Shown: positions 32,734 through 42,863 of the stretch, in pieces | Layout: each line of letters starts with the position of its first letter | Numbering within the stretch: the stretch's first letter is position 1 | From: an uncultured delta proteobacterium | GTDB lineage: Bacteria; Myxococcota_A; Polyangia; Polyangiales; Polyangiaceae | Assembly (NCBI GenBank): GCA_963806225.1 | Contig: CAWDXG010000004.1 | Location: 5,568,001-5,632,000, forward strand | DNA: 64,000 nt | Reading direction: 5' to 3' | Translations under genes and position numbers: made by a program | The notes under the pieces: generated by a model | The model's database searches: none | Seen by the model: the letters and a program-made list of their open reading frames with translations, nothing else | What the model was told of the DNA's origin: nothing

Positions 32734-33576
32734 CTAGCTCTGGGCGGGCGGCGGGACGGAGTCGCGGGCGGCTATCGCGCGCAGGCGCTGGGCGACGTGA
32801 CGCAGCGACTCGAGGATGCCGATCGTGATGTAGACCGAGAGCAGCCACACCAGCACGAACTGCGGCTTGAAGCGCCGCCACACGAAGGCGCTCGACGCCA
32901 GAGTGAACAGCACCAGCAGCACGGTGCCCGTGTTCAGCTTCAGCTCCTTGAAGGAGCGGAACTTGACGTTCGAGACCATGAGCAGGCTCAGGCCGATGGT
33001 GACGGCGAAGAGCATGATCGTGTAGCGCTCGTGGCCCAGCGCGCCGCCCACTGCGTGGTTTGCCACCACCAGCGAGATGAGGATGCCGGAGGCGGGGGGG
33101 ATCGGCAGCCCAACGATGTATTTGCCAGGCTTGGTCGGCTTTCCGCTGGCGCTGGAGGCCAGGACGTTGAAGCGGGCTAGCCGGATGGCGCCACAGGCCA
33201 CGAACAGGAAAGCCGTGAGCAGTCCCGCGACCGGATGCCGGTAGAGCACCCACTTGTAGACGAGCAGGGAGGGGGCGACGCCGAACGAGACGATGTCGGC
33301 CAGCGAGTCGATCTGCAGGCCGAAGGCGCTCTGGGTCTTCGTCATGCGGGCGACGCGGCCGTCCATCAGGTCGAACAGCATCGCGAAGATGAGCAGCACC
33401 GCGGCGCGATAGAAGTCGTCGACCGTGACGTTGTTGGCCGCCACGATGCGGATCGCGTTGAAGCCGCAGAAGATGCTGGCCAGCGTGATCAGGTTCGGGA
33501 GGACGAACAGGGTCTTCCTGAGATCGACGCGCCTGCGGAGCCGTTTTCTGCGACGTCTGGTGCGACGGAACCCCAC
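32734..33576 (-). CDS. pssA: CDP-diacylglycerol--serine O-phosphatidyltransferase
   Basis: LPNLIT, DLMDGRVAR...SAFGLQIDSLADIVSFGVAP, RLARFN, GLPIP. Confidence 0.93.
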   Translation of the reverse strand: MGFRRTRRRRKRLRRRVDLRKTLFVLPNLITLASIFCGFNAIRIVAANNVTVDDFYRAAVLLIFAMLFDLMDGRVARMTKTQSAFGLQIDSLADIVSFGVAPSLLVYKWVLYRHPVAGLLTAFLFVACGAIRLARFNVLASSASGKPTKPGKYIVGLPIPPASGILISLVVANHAVGGALGHERYTIMLFAVTIGLSLLMVSNVKFRSFKELKLNTGTVLLVLFTLASSAFVWRRFKPQFVLVWLLSVYITIGILESLRHVAQRLRAIAARDSVPPPAQS

Positions 33577-33720
33577 CCACCCAAGCTAGCTGTACGCCGT
33601 GCAGGCGTCCAGAAGCACGGCGCCGTGGCCGCGTGCCACGCCTGCTGCCGGGCAGCGGGCCGACCGGCTGTCGCGTCAAGTTTGGCCCGCGCGCGGCTCG
33701 CCTCCTACGATTCGGCCAGG

Positions 33721-34539
33721 ATGCGACCGCTTCTATCCAGTTCCCTTTCCATCGCCCTGGTGCTGACGCTCGGGGCCTCGGTGACCGCGTGCGCCGGGCA
33801 GAGCCAGGCGACCAAGAAGCACCTGGCCGACCTGGAGGACACGGTCACCCGCTTGCAGAACGGCCAGGACCGGCTCGAGGAGCGCCTCGTCGCGCTCGAG
33901 CTGAACTCCCGGCAACACCACCAGAAGAAGGAATCCGCCTCGGCGTCCGAGCCGTCGGATCCCGCCCGCCCGGAGCTGGCGGTCGTCAAACTGGCCCCCG
34001 GCGGGTCGCAGGACGCGGAGGCACCGGGCCGGGGCGAAATCGACATGCCGCCGGCGGATCCGCCGCCCGAGTCAGACGACGGGCCGCGCCCGGTGCTGCG
34101 CGCGAGCGGCCACGAGCAGGGGCGCATCGAGGAGCGTCAGGGCAAGAAGTCCCGCGAGAAGCAGACGGCTGAGGCTGCCAAGCAGTACAAGGCCGCGCTC
34201 GGCCTGGTGCGTGGCAAACAGTACGGACCCGCACTGCACGCGCTCGCCGCCTTCGTCAAGCAGCACCCGGATCATCCGTACGCCGACAACGCGCTCTACT
34301 GGAGCGGCGAGTGCTACTACGCCCAGGGCAAGTACAAGCAAGCGGCCCAGACGTTCCGCGACCTGCTCCATCGCTATCCCGCCGGGAACAAGGTGCCCGA
34401 CGCGCTCCTGAAGCTGGGCATGACCGAAGCCCAGCTTGGCCGCGAGCACGAGGCGCGAGCGAGCTTCGCGCTTTTGAGCCAGAATTATCCAAGCGCCTCG
34501 GCCGCGCAGCGCATCCCCCAGGGGTACAGGGAGCCATGA
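33721..34539 (+). CDS. cpoB: Tol-Pal system protein YbgF/CpoB-like
   Basis: Lipoprotein, coiled coil, YADNALYWSGECYY...YPAGNKVPDALLKLG. Confidence 0.8.
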   Translation: MRPLLSSSLSIALVLTLGASVTACAGQSQATKKHLADLEDTVTRLQNGQDRLEERLVALELNSRQHHQKKESASASEPSDPARPELAVVKLAPGGSQDAEAPGRGEIDMPPADPPPESDDGPRPVLRASGHEQGRIEERQGKKSREKQTAEAAKQYKAALGLVRGKQYGPALHALAAFVKQHPDHPYADNALYWSGECYYAQGKYKQAAQTFRDLLHRYPAGNKVPDALLKLGMTEAQLGREHEARASFALLSQNYPSASAAQRIPQGYREP

Positions 34540-35954
34540 GCCGTCCCAGCACGATCCTGTTGTCCGTTTCCGCGATTGCGGTGGCGGCCCTGTGCGCCGC
34601 GCCGGCGCTGGCGCAGCAGGGAGGTGGCGACAGCAACGGCAGCGGCAACGGCAGCGGACCAGTGACGGTCGGCACGGGCAGCGGCCAGCCGACGACCATC
34701 GTGGTGCAGCCCAGCACGACCACGACCACCACGACGGTGCCGCCGCCGGGCTATCCCGCGCCCGGTACAGACATCAACGCGGGGTTGCCGTCGAGCTCAC
34801 GACCGGTGAACACCACGTCGCAGGGCGACACGTTTGATCTGAACCAGGGATCGTCGGCGGGCGGCACGGTCTACGGCGGCAAGAACTCGAGCGCGATCAT
34901 CAGCGGGAAATCGGTCAGCGTGCCCGAGATCCACACCGTCCGTCGCGGCGACACGCTCTGGGATCTGTGCGGCACCTACTACAACAACCCCTGGAACTGG
35001 CCGAAAGTCTGGTCCTACAATCCGCAGATCCAGAACCCGCACTGGATCTACCCGGGCGATCAGATCCGCATGCGTCAGCCGGGCAGCGAGCCGCGTTCCA
35101 CGCTCGCGTCGCTGCACGGCCTGTCGGGGCAGGGTCCGAACGGTGCGGGCGGTCCTGGTGGCGGAGCCGGCACATCGGGGGTGCCCTCGCAGACCGTGTT
35201 CCTGCGCGAGAAGGGCTACATCGACGACCCGTCCAAGGACACCTGGGGCGACATCGTGGGCTCCCGCGAGGATCAGATGCTGCTGAGCTCCGGCAACCAC
35301 GTGTACATGCAGCTCAAGCCCGGCAAGAAGGTCGCCCCCGGGCAGCTCCTCACCATCTACCGCCCGGTGCGTCAGCCGAAGAACCTCAAGGGCGCGCGCC
35401 GGCCGCCCGGGGAAATCATCGCGATCAAGGGCACGGTCAAGGTCGACCAGTGGGATCCGAAGAACCGTGTCGCCCGCGGAACCATCACCGAGTCGCTCGA
35501 CGTGATCGAGCGGGGCGCGAAAGTGGGACCGGTCGGGCGCCGCTTCGACGTGGTGGAGCCCAAGGTCAACGACAAGACGGTGTGGGCGCGGGTGCTGACA
35601 AGCGTGTACCCGCACATCTACCTGGCGCAGAACCAGGTGGCCTTCATCGACAAGGGTTCGGAAGATGGCCTCTCGCCGGGCAACCGCCTGTTCGTGGTGC
35701 GGCGCGGCGACGCCTGGCGGCGCAGCCTCAAGACGGCGTCCGACTCGGCGCGCCAGCGCGTGCGCATGGATGACCCCGGCACGGCGCCCATCGAGCGGAC
35801 GCCCACCCAGGGCAACGAGAAGGACTTCCCCGAGGAAGTGATCGGCGAGCTGCGCGTGCTGCGCACCCGTCGCTACAGCTCGATCTGCCTCGTCACCGTC
35901 TCGCACCGCGAGCTCGTGCCGGGCGATCGCGCGGTCGCGCGCAAGGGATACTGA
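34536..35954 (+). CDS. LysM peptidoglycan-binding protein (TsaP-like)
   Basis: HTVRRGDTLWDL...NPWNWPKVWSYNPQIQNPHWIYPGD; overlaps the cpoB stop (ATGA). Confidence 0.85.
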   Translation: MSRPSTILLSVSAIAVAALCAAPALAQQGGGDSNGSGNGSGPVTVGTGSGQPTTIVVQPSTTTTTTTVPPPGYPAPGTDINAGLPSSSRPVNTTSQGDTFDLNQGSSAGGTVYGGKNSSAIISGKSVSVPEIHTVRRGDTLWDLCGTYYNNPWNWPKVWSYNPQIQNPHWIYPGDQIRMRQPGSEPRSTLASLHGLSGQGPNGAGGPGGGAGTSGVPSQTVFLREKGYIDDPSKDTWGDIVGSREDQMLLSSGNHVYMQLKPGKKVAPGQLLTIYRPVRQPKNLKGARRPPGEIIAIKGTVKVDQWDPKNRVARGTITESLDVIERGAKVGPVGRRFDVVEPKVNDKTVWARVLTSVYPHIYLAQNQVAFIDKGSEDGLSPGNRLFVVRRGDAWRRSLKTASDSARQRVRMDDPGTAPIERTPTQGNEKDFPEEVIGELRVLRTRRYSSICLVTVSHRELVPGDRAVARKGY

Positions 35955-35961
35955 CGCCCGG

Positions 35962-36456
35962 TCAGGGGTGGTTGTAGTTGACAGGCTGGTTCTGCCCGGC
36001 GGTGCGTCGGGCGGCCTGGCGCTGGGCCTGGATGACGACGTAGGCCGCGGCGGTCGCCGCCGACCCCTGTTCGGACTGTGACTCGGGGCCGGGGGGAGGC
36101 GAGGCGGGAGCCTGCGACGAAGCAGGAGGCGTCGCGGCGGGCGGCGTCCCTGCCGGAGCGGCGGGAGGCGAGGGGGGCGCACCCTGCGGAGCCGGGCCCG
36201 CCGGCATCCGGCGCGGCATCGGCGGCGGATAGCCCGGCGGAGGCTGATTCGGCGCACACACACAGCCCGACGTGGTGTGCTCCACCAGCACGAACGCCGA
36301 CATGTGCATTCCGAGCTGCGCGCACGACTTCTGGCAAGCCGTCGGCCCGCGGTCCTCGCTCTCGAGGTCTTCCGCCGACTTGTAGCCACGGTAGCAGCCC
36401 CCGACGAACAGCGGAATCAACAGCACTGCGCCCACGAAGCCAGCCCGGATCGCCAT
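35962..36456 (-). CDS. Hypothetical Pro-rich lipoprotein
   Basis: Signal peptide with VGGC, small Cys motif, Pro-rich tail. Confidence 0.55.
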   Translation of the reverse strand: MAIRAGFVGAVLLIPLFVGGCYRGYKSAEDLESEDRGPTACQKSCAQLGMHMSAFVLVEHTTSGCVCAPNQPPPGYPPPMPRRMPAGPAPQGAPPSPPAAPAGTPPAATPPASSQAPASPPPGPESQSEQGSAATAAAYVVIQAQRQAARRTAGQNQPVNYNHP

Positions 36457-36680
36457 GCAGCGAGGATATCCAACCGGGAAGCGCGTGCCAAGCCGATGCT
36501 GCGGGCCCTCGGGGGGCACAACCCCCGCGCCACACGAGTTCGCGGGGCGTAGTGGTTACCACCTATTGTCCCCGCGCACGCCCCACCCGTAGCGTGAGAA
36601 GTGCCGCCCCCCATTTCCTCAGGGCGGCACGAGGCAACGTGGCAGAAGCACCTGGCACGCCATCCAACCCACGCGACAGC

Positions 36681-38123
36681 ATGGTCGAGCCGGGAGAGAT
36701 CCTGGCCGGGAAGTACCGCATCGAGCGCGTGCTCGGCGCGGGCGGAATGGGCGTCGTCGTGGCGGCGCACCACATCGAGCTCGACGAGCGCGTCGCGATC
36801 AAGTTCCTGCTGCCGCAAGCAGTGAAGAGCCCGGAAGCCGTCGCCCGTTTCACCCGCGAGGCGCGCGCCGCCATCAAGATCAAGAGCCATCACGTCGCGC
36901 GCATCACCGACGTGGGCACCCTCGAGAGCGGCGCGCCGTACATGGTCATGGAGTACCTGGAGGGGCAGGACCTTTCCGCGATGGTGCGCGAGCGCGGGGC
37001 GCTGCCCGTCGCCGAGGCTGTGGAGCTCGTGATCCAGGCCTGCGACGCCATTGCCGAGGCGCACGCGCTCGGCATCGTGCATCGCGATCTCAAGCCAGCG
37101 AATCTGTTCTGTGTGCAGGGCGCGGACGGCCTTCCCGCGGTCAAGGTGCTCGACTTCGGGATCTCCAAGGTCACTACTCTGGACGGCCTGGACATGACGC
37201 GCACCACCGCCGTCATGGGCTCGCCCTTCTACATGTCGCCCGAGCAGATGACCTCGGCCAAGAGCGTCGACGCACGCGCCGACATCTGGGCGCTTGGCGT
37301 CGTGCTGTACGAATTGCTCGCGGGCCGTCCGCCGTTCCAGGGCGAAACGCTGCCCGAGCTGTCCGTCCGCATTGCCACCGAGACGCCGCCGCCACTCAGA
37401 AACTACCGCCCGGATTTGCCGGACGGTATCGAGCCGGTGATCCTCAGGTGCCTGGAGAAGGACCGCGAGCAGCGCTACGCCAACGTGGCCGAACTGGTCA
37501 GCGCGCTCGTGGAGTTCGGGCCCAAGCGCTTGCGCACGTCCGCCGAGCGCATCTCGCGCATCATCCAGAACGCCGGGCTCTCGAAGAGCGCGGTGCAGCT
37601 GCCGCCTTCGTCGGAGATGCCGCCGCCGGCGGCCGGGACCGTCGCGGCGTGGGGCGCGACCGGGGTGCCTGGCGAACGTGGATCGCGGCGTGGGCTCGTG
37701 GCTCTTCTTGGTATCGGCGTCGTCGTTCTCGGCGCCGTGGGCGCGGCGTTGGTACTGCACACCAGCAAGACCGCCGTCGCGGCGCCGGCCAGCGCGACGC
37801 CAGCGGCCGCGCTGCCGAGCGCGCCGTCCGCGGCGGCACCGGCTGTCGTTCCCGTCCCACCTTCGGCGCCAGAGCCCGTCGCGAGCGCCGCGCCGAGCGC
37901 GTCTGCAGCGGTCCACGCGGAAACACCACCCGTGGCGGCACAGGTGCCCGCCCGGCACTTCAAGCCCGCTCCGGGGCACGTCCCGGTGAAGCACGTCGCC
38001 AAGCCCGCCGCGGCGAAGCCGCCTGCAGCGCCCGCGCATACGGCCAAGGCCGCCCCGAACTGCAACCCCCCGTACACGATCGGTCCCAACGGAAACCACG
38101 TCTACAAGCCGCAATGTCTCTGA
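36681..38123 (+). CDS. Transmembrane Ser/Thr protein kinase
   Basis: LGAGGMGVV, HRDLKPAN, DFGIS, GSPFYMSPEQ, TM helix, C-terminal NCNPPY...KPQCL. Confidence 0.92.
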   Translation: MVEPGEILAGKYRIERVLGAGGMGVVVAAHHIELDERVAIKFLLPQAVKSPEAVARFTREARAAIKIKSHHVARITDVGTLESGAPYMVMEYLEGQDLSAMVRERGALPVAEAVELVIQACDAIAEAHALGIVHRDLKPANLFCVQGADGLPAVKVLDFGISKVTTLDGLDMTRTTAVMGSPFYMSPEQMTSAKSVDARADIWALGVVLYELLAGRPPFQGETLPELSVRIATETPPPLRNYRPDLPDGIEPVILRCLEKDREQRYANVAELVSALVEFGPKRLRTSAERISRIIQNAGLSKSAVQLPPSSEMPPPAAGTVAAWGATGVPGERGSRRGLVALLGIGVVVLGAVGAALVLHTSKTAVAAPASATPAAALPSAPSAAAPAVVPVPPSAPEPVASAAPSASAAVHAETPPVAAQVPARHFKPAPGHVPVKHVAKPAAAKPPAAPAHTAKAAPNCNPPYTIGPNGNHVYKPQCL

Positions 38124-39070
38124 CCCGCTTTTCCTCCGCCAGCTTCTTCGCTTGCTCGATCGTCGTTGCCGCCGGGCTGCTCGCGCGCCCGGCGCACGCC
38201 GATCCGAAGGCCGAGTGCATCCAGGCCAACACCAAGGCGCAGAACCTCCGCAACGCCGACCAGCTCGTCGAGGCGCGCGCCCAGCTCCTGATCTGCGCGC
38301 GCGGCGTGTGCCCCGGCCCGGTGCGTGCGGACTGCACGCAATGGCTCGGCCAGGTGAACGACAGCCTGCCGACCATCGTGCTCGGAGCGAAGGACCCTGA
38401 AGGAAACGATCTGGTGCAGGTCCAGGTCTCCATGGACGGCAAGCTGCTCAGCCGGACGATCGACGGCCGCGCGCTGTCCATCGACCCCGGCGCCCACAAG
38501 CTAGTCTTCGAAGAGAAGGGCCAGCCCCCGCTGAGCCGCCAGATCGTCATCCACGAGGGCGAGAAGAACCGCGAGATCGACGTCAGGATAGGGACTGCGC
38601 CGAAAGCTGCGCCCGCGAGCGCGCCCGGGTCCGCCCCAGCGCGAAGCGCACAGTCCGACCCCGCGCCGGGGCCGGGCGGCGCGGCACCGCCGTCGCCTTC
38701 GCCCATGCCCGATCAACCCCGGGAGCAGCACGGCTCCACCGGCTCGACCCAGCGCACCCTCGGCCTCCTCGCCGGCGGCGTCGGCCTCGTCGGCGCCGGC
38801 GTCGGCACCGTCTTCGCCCTCAAGTCCCAATCCAAGTGGAACGACGCCAAGACCGCCTGCGGCCCTGGCTGCGGCCCAGGCTCCGAAGCCTACGCTCTCA
38901 ACGACCAGTCGAAACAAGCCGGCACCCTGGCTGCCATTTCGTTCGTAGCTGGCGGCGCCCTGCTCGTCACCGGAGTCGTGCTGTGGCTGACCGCGCCGAG
39001 CAAAGAAAGCGCGCCCGCTGTCGGCGCGGCGATCGGGCCCGGGCGGGTGAGCGTCGTGGGGAGGTTTTGA
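38114..39070 (+). CDS. Secreted PEGA/TPR-like kinase-partner membrane protein
   Basis: Signal peptide, C...CP...DC helical segment, IDPGAH, two C-terminal TM helices, ends in GRF; overlaps the kinase stop. Confidence 0.75.
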   Translation: MSLTRFSSASFFACSIVVAAGLLARPAHADPKAECIQANTKAQNLRNADQLVEARAQLLICARGVCPGPVRADCTQWLGQVNDSLPTIVLGAKDPEGNDLVQVQVSMDGKLLSRTIDGRALSIDPGAHKLVFEEKGQPPLSRQIVIHEGEKNREIDVRIGTAPKAAPASAPGSAPARSAQSDPAPGPGGAAPPSPSPMPDQPREQHGSTGSTQRTLGLLAGGVGLVGAGVGTVFALKSQSKWNDAKTACGPGCGPGSEAYALNDQSKQAGTLAAISFVAGGALLVTGVVLWLTAPSKESAPAVGAAIGPGRVSVVGRF

Positions 39071-39114
39071 GTTGGGATTCGTGAGGCGCATAAAACGTTT
39101 GCAGGCTCGCGCTG

Positions 39115-40146
39115 GTGCTGCCTGCGGGCGTCGCCGTTGCGTGCGGGGGAACGCTGCCGGGGACTAGCAACGCCAAGCCGATGACGCTCGCCGTAAAGCA
39201 GGCTGTCCCAACAGCCATCGCGGTCGACTCGACGAGCGTCTACTGGTTGAACTCTGCCCCAGCCTCCACCGACAAGGGGGCCGTGATGAAAGTGGCGCCT
39301 TTGGGTGGAAGCGCGACCACCCTTGCCTCGGGCCAGGCCAACCCAACGGCTATCGCGGTCGACGCGACGAGCGTGTACTGGACGAACGGCGGCTATGGTA
39401 ACAGTGACGGGGCGGTGATGAGGGTGCCGCTTTCCGGTGGAACTCCGACCACGCTGGTGTCTGGTCAGGACAATCCCGACGCCATCGCAGTTGACGCGAC
39501 GAGCGTCTACTGGACGAACCAAGGCGCCGTTTCCAACCAGTACAACGACGGGGCGGTGATGAGGGTGTCGCTTTCCGGCGGAACGCCGACCACGCTTGCG
39601 TCACAGCAAGCTAGCCCAGCAGGCATCGCGGTCGACTCAAATAGCGTTTACTGGACGAACGCCGGGCCTAGCTTGACCGGTTATGGCAACAACCACGGCA
39701 GCGTGATGAGAGCGGCGCTTTCGGGCGGAACGCTCACAACGCTAGCCTCGGGACAGAACGCGCCGGTAGGCATCGCGGTTGACGCGACGAGCGTCTACTG
39801 GACGAACCAAGGCACCTCTTCGAACCTGTATAACGACGGGATGGTAATGAGCGTTCCGCTTTCGGGCGGGGCGGTAACCACGCTCGCCTCCGGCCAGAAC
39901 GAGCCGATAGGCATCGCGGTGGACGGAACGAGCGTGTACTGGACGAACTCCGCCCTGAACGTCCCCGCCGAGCACGACGGCACCGTGATGAAGATAGCGA
40001 TTTCAGGGGGAAACCAAACCACCTTTGCCACGGCGCAGTTCTCCCCGGTGAGTATCTCAGCCGACTCGACGAGCGTCTATTGGACGAACGCAGGCGCTGC
40101 CCCAACATTCGCGGACCATGGCAGCGTGATGAAGGCGCCGAAATGA
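39115..40146 (+). CDS. Beta-propeller repeat lipoprotein ([12 protein letters not shown] repeats)
   Basis: Seven repeats of TLASGQxxPxxIAVDxTSVYWTN...GxVM. Confidence 0.85.
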   Translation: MLPAGVAVACGGTLPGTSNAKPMTLAVKQAVPTAIAVDSTSVYWLNSAPASTDKGAVMKVAPLGGSATTLASGQANPTAIAVDATSVYWTNGGYGNSDGAVMRVPLSGGTPTTLVSGQDNPDAIAVDATSVYWTNQGAVSNQYNDGAVMRVSLSGGTPTTLASQQASPAGIAVDSNSVYWTNAGPSLTGYGNNHGSVMRAALSGGTLTTLASGQNAPVGIAVDATSVYWTNQGTSSNLYNDGMVMSVPLSGGAVTTLASGQNEPIGIAVDGTSVYWTNSALNVPAEHDGTVMKIAISGGNQTTFATAQFSPVSISADSTSVYWTNAGAAPTFADHGSVMKAPK

Positions 40147-41098
40147 CCCGAAGGATAGCGTGCGCGCCCTCCGACCTGGGTAGGGCACCGCCTGCCGCCC
40201 GAAGGTTCATCGCGTCGTGGGCTGTCATGCTTGGTCTCGGCGCGTGCGGTGGGAAACTACCTGGGCTTGGCAACGCCGAGCCGACCGCGCTCGCATCAAG
40301 GCAGGCTGGCCCGGTCGCCATCGCGCTCGACTCGACGAGCGCTTACTGGACAAACTGCGACCCAGTGTCCCCCGACCAGGGCACGGTGATGAACGCGGCG
40401 CTTTCGGGGCGAAGCCCGGCCACGCTTGCATCGGGGCAGGTGAGCCCTGTGGCCATCGCGGTCGATTCTGACGAGCGTGTACTGGGTGGACAGTAACTAC
40501 GGCAACAGCGGCGGCACGGTGATGAGGGGACCGCTCTCGGGCGGAACTCCGACAACGCTCGTGTCTGGGCAAGGCAGTCCTGACGCCATCGCGGTCGACC
40601 CGACGAGCGTCTACTGGGGGAACGAAGGAACTGGGGACGGCGATGGCGCGCTGATGAAGGCGTCGCTCTCCGGTGGAAGCCCGACGACCCTTGCCTCAGG
40701 GCAGGCTGGTCCGGATGCGATCGCGGTGGATGCGACGAGCTGTTTACTGGGCGGACGCAGGGACTGGGAACAGCGACGGTACGGTGATGAAGGTGCCGCT
40801 CTCGGGTGGAAGCCCGACGACCCTTGCCTCAGGGCAGGCTGGCCCAGCCGCCATCGCGGTTGACGCGACGAGCGTGTATTGGACGAAGTTTCCCGAGAAC
40901 TCCCCCGCAGACGGGACGGTACTGAAAGTGCCGCTTCTAGGCGAAGGCCCGAGCACCAGCCTCACCACGCTGGCGTCGGAGCAGGACACGCCGTCGGCGA
41001 TTGCGGTCGACGCGACGAGCGTCTACTGGACGAATGAAGGCACTTCCCGTGCCCCGGCCTTCGAGGAGAACGGCACGGTCATGAAGGCCACCAAGTAA
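40143..41098 (+). CDS. Second beta-propeller paralogue, two frameshifts (~40470, ~40740)
   Basis: Same repeats distributed over ORFs 40080..40496, 40477..40863 and 40673..41098. Confidence 0.75.
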
Positions 41099-41145
41099 AC
41101 CCATCGCTGGCATGCGGCCAATGAACGAATGAAGGAGAAACCGTG

Positions 41146-41604
41146 ATGCGACCAAACCGGCCTCTACTCGTTCTGCTAGCGCTGGTGGGGGCAGCCCTCC
41201 CAGCTTTTGCATGCGGTGGCAGCACCTTGCCTGGCAAGAGGACCAGCAGCGGAGGATCGAGCGCCGGCGGAGGCGGTGCAGGTGCCGGGGGCTCGCCAAC
41301 TGCAAGCGGGGGTTCGAGCGGCTCTGGCAGCGGCGGTTGTGTGGCGGTCTCTACGGGCGATCCGGCTTGCGACTCTTGCGTGGACAGTTTTTGCTGCAGC
41401 CAGGTCGCGGCCTGTTTCAGCGACATCAATTGCAAGGGTCTGCTCGTCTGCATCGTCCAGAACTGCGCAAGCCCCGCGAGCTCAAACGACTTCAATACCT
41501 GCATCAACCAGGACTGCAAGCAGTACGCAAGCGCCTTGAACGAGTACAACGAGGTTGGCGCTTGCGAGCAGAACCACTGCAACACCCAGTGTGGCGCAGG
41601 TTAG
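41146..41604 (+). CDS. Small Cys-rich lipoprotein
   Basis: AAGGAGA RBS, lipobox AFAC, Gly linker, CDSCVDSFCC...C motif. Confidence 0.75.
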   Translation: MRPNRPLLVLLALVGAALPAFACGGSTLPGKRTSSGGSSAGGGGAGAGGSPTASGGSSGSGSGGCVAVSTGDPACDSCVDSFCCSQVAACFSDINCKGLLVCIVQNCASPASSNDFNTCINQDCKQYASALNEYNEVGACEQNHCNTQCGAG

Positions 41605-41711
41605 ATGTGGACCTCTGACGCAAGCGCCTCGGGGGCGGACGGGAAACACCGCCGATAACGTCGTCGCCACGACGACCAACGTCCGGTGCGCACGGTGATG
41701 GGAGCCGACAC

Positions 41712-42857
41712 ATGAAAATGCAGAGGATGACTCGTACGACGTTGGTCTCGCTGTTCCCCGCCGCCCTTTGCCTCTTGCTCGCCGCGGCGTGCTCTTCCAA
41801 CGGCACTTCCTCGAGCCCGCACCACGACGCCGGCGTAGATAGTGCGGGCGGCGGCGGCTCCGGGGGAAGCGGAACCGCCGGAAGCTCCGGCTTCGGCGGC
41901 TCGGGCGGCGTCTCGTCCGCAACCTACTGCATCCCCGGCACGTGCTGCACCGACACGGACTGCCCCGCGCAGCAGTGCTGCCGCGGCGATCACCAGTGCC
42001 ACCCGTGCTGTCGCACGGATCTCGATTGCCAGGCGGGCCAGTGCTGCGACGCCGACGGGACGTGCAAGAGCAGCGCGTGCAAGTGCTCCAGCGACGCGCA
42101 CTGCGGCGCGGGCCAGTGCTGCACGTCGAGCGGCGCGTGCGTCGCGGGGCCGTGCTGCACGAGCAAGCTCGACTGCTCGGCGGGGCAATGCTGCGACCCC
42201 GACACGCGAAAGTGCGGCGCGTGCCCCTGCACGGGCGCGCCGGGCCACGGCGACTGCGGCGCGGGCAAGTGCTGCACCGACACCGGCGCTTGTGTCACCG
42301 CGGCGTGCTGCACCGACACCGACTGCGGGCCTGGCACGTGCTGTATCGGCGGCTCGTGCCAGCCGTGCTGCAAGAGCAACCTGGACTGCAAGGCGCCCGA
42401 TTGCTGCGACCCCGGCACGCACCAGTGCTCGCCCGACGCCTGCAGCTGCACCAGCAACGCGCAGTGCGGCGCGGGTCGCTGCTGCAGCGGCGGCCAGTGC
42501 ACGACCGCCCAGTGCTGCTCGGACGCGGCCTGCGGCGCGGGCCAGTGCTGCATCGGCGGCGCGTGCGCGCCCTGCTGCAAGACGAAGCTCGACTGCCACG
42601 CGGGCCAGTGCTGCGACCCGACCACGCGCCAGTGCGGCGCGTGCCAGTGCACCGCCAACGCCCAGTGCGGCGCCGGCCAGTGCTGCAACGCCGGCAGCTG
42701 CGGCCCCTGCGCGACCGGCGGCGACGCCGGCGCGCCCCAGTGTACGACCAAGCTCGACTGCAAGGCGGGCCAGTGCTGCGTCGCGGGTCGCTGCGACGTG
42801 TGTCCCTGCACCACCACCGCCCAGTGCGGCTCCGGCCAGACCTGCTGTAGCTACTGA
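41712..42857 (+). CDS. Extremely Cys-rich repeat lipoprotein (CxxxxDCxAGQCC repeats)
   Basis: Lipobox AAAC, about 14 repeats of CxxxxxCxAGQCC. Confidence 0.8.
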   Translation: MKMQRMTRTTLVSLFPAALCLLLAAACSSNGTSSSPHHDAGVDSAGGGGSGGSGTAGSSGFGGSGGVSSATYCIPGTCCTDTDCPAQQCCRGDHQCHPCCRTDLDCQAGQCCDADGTCKSSACKCSSDAHCGAGQCCTSSGACVAGPCCTSKLDCSAGQCCDPDTRKCGACPCTGAPGHGDCGAGKCCTDTGACVTAACCTDTDCGPGTCCIGGSCQPCCKSNLDCKAPDCCDPGTHQCSPDACSCTSNAQCGAGRCCSGGQCTTAQCCSDAACGAGQCCIGGACAPCCKTKLDCHAGQCCDPTTRQCGACQCTANAQCGAGQCCNAGSCGPCATGGDAGAPQCTTKLDCKAGQCCVAGRCDVCPCTTTAQCGSGQTCCSY

Positions 42858-42863
42858 AGGAGA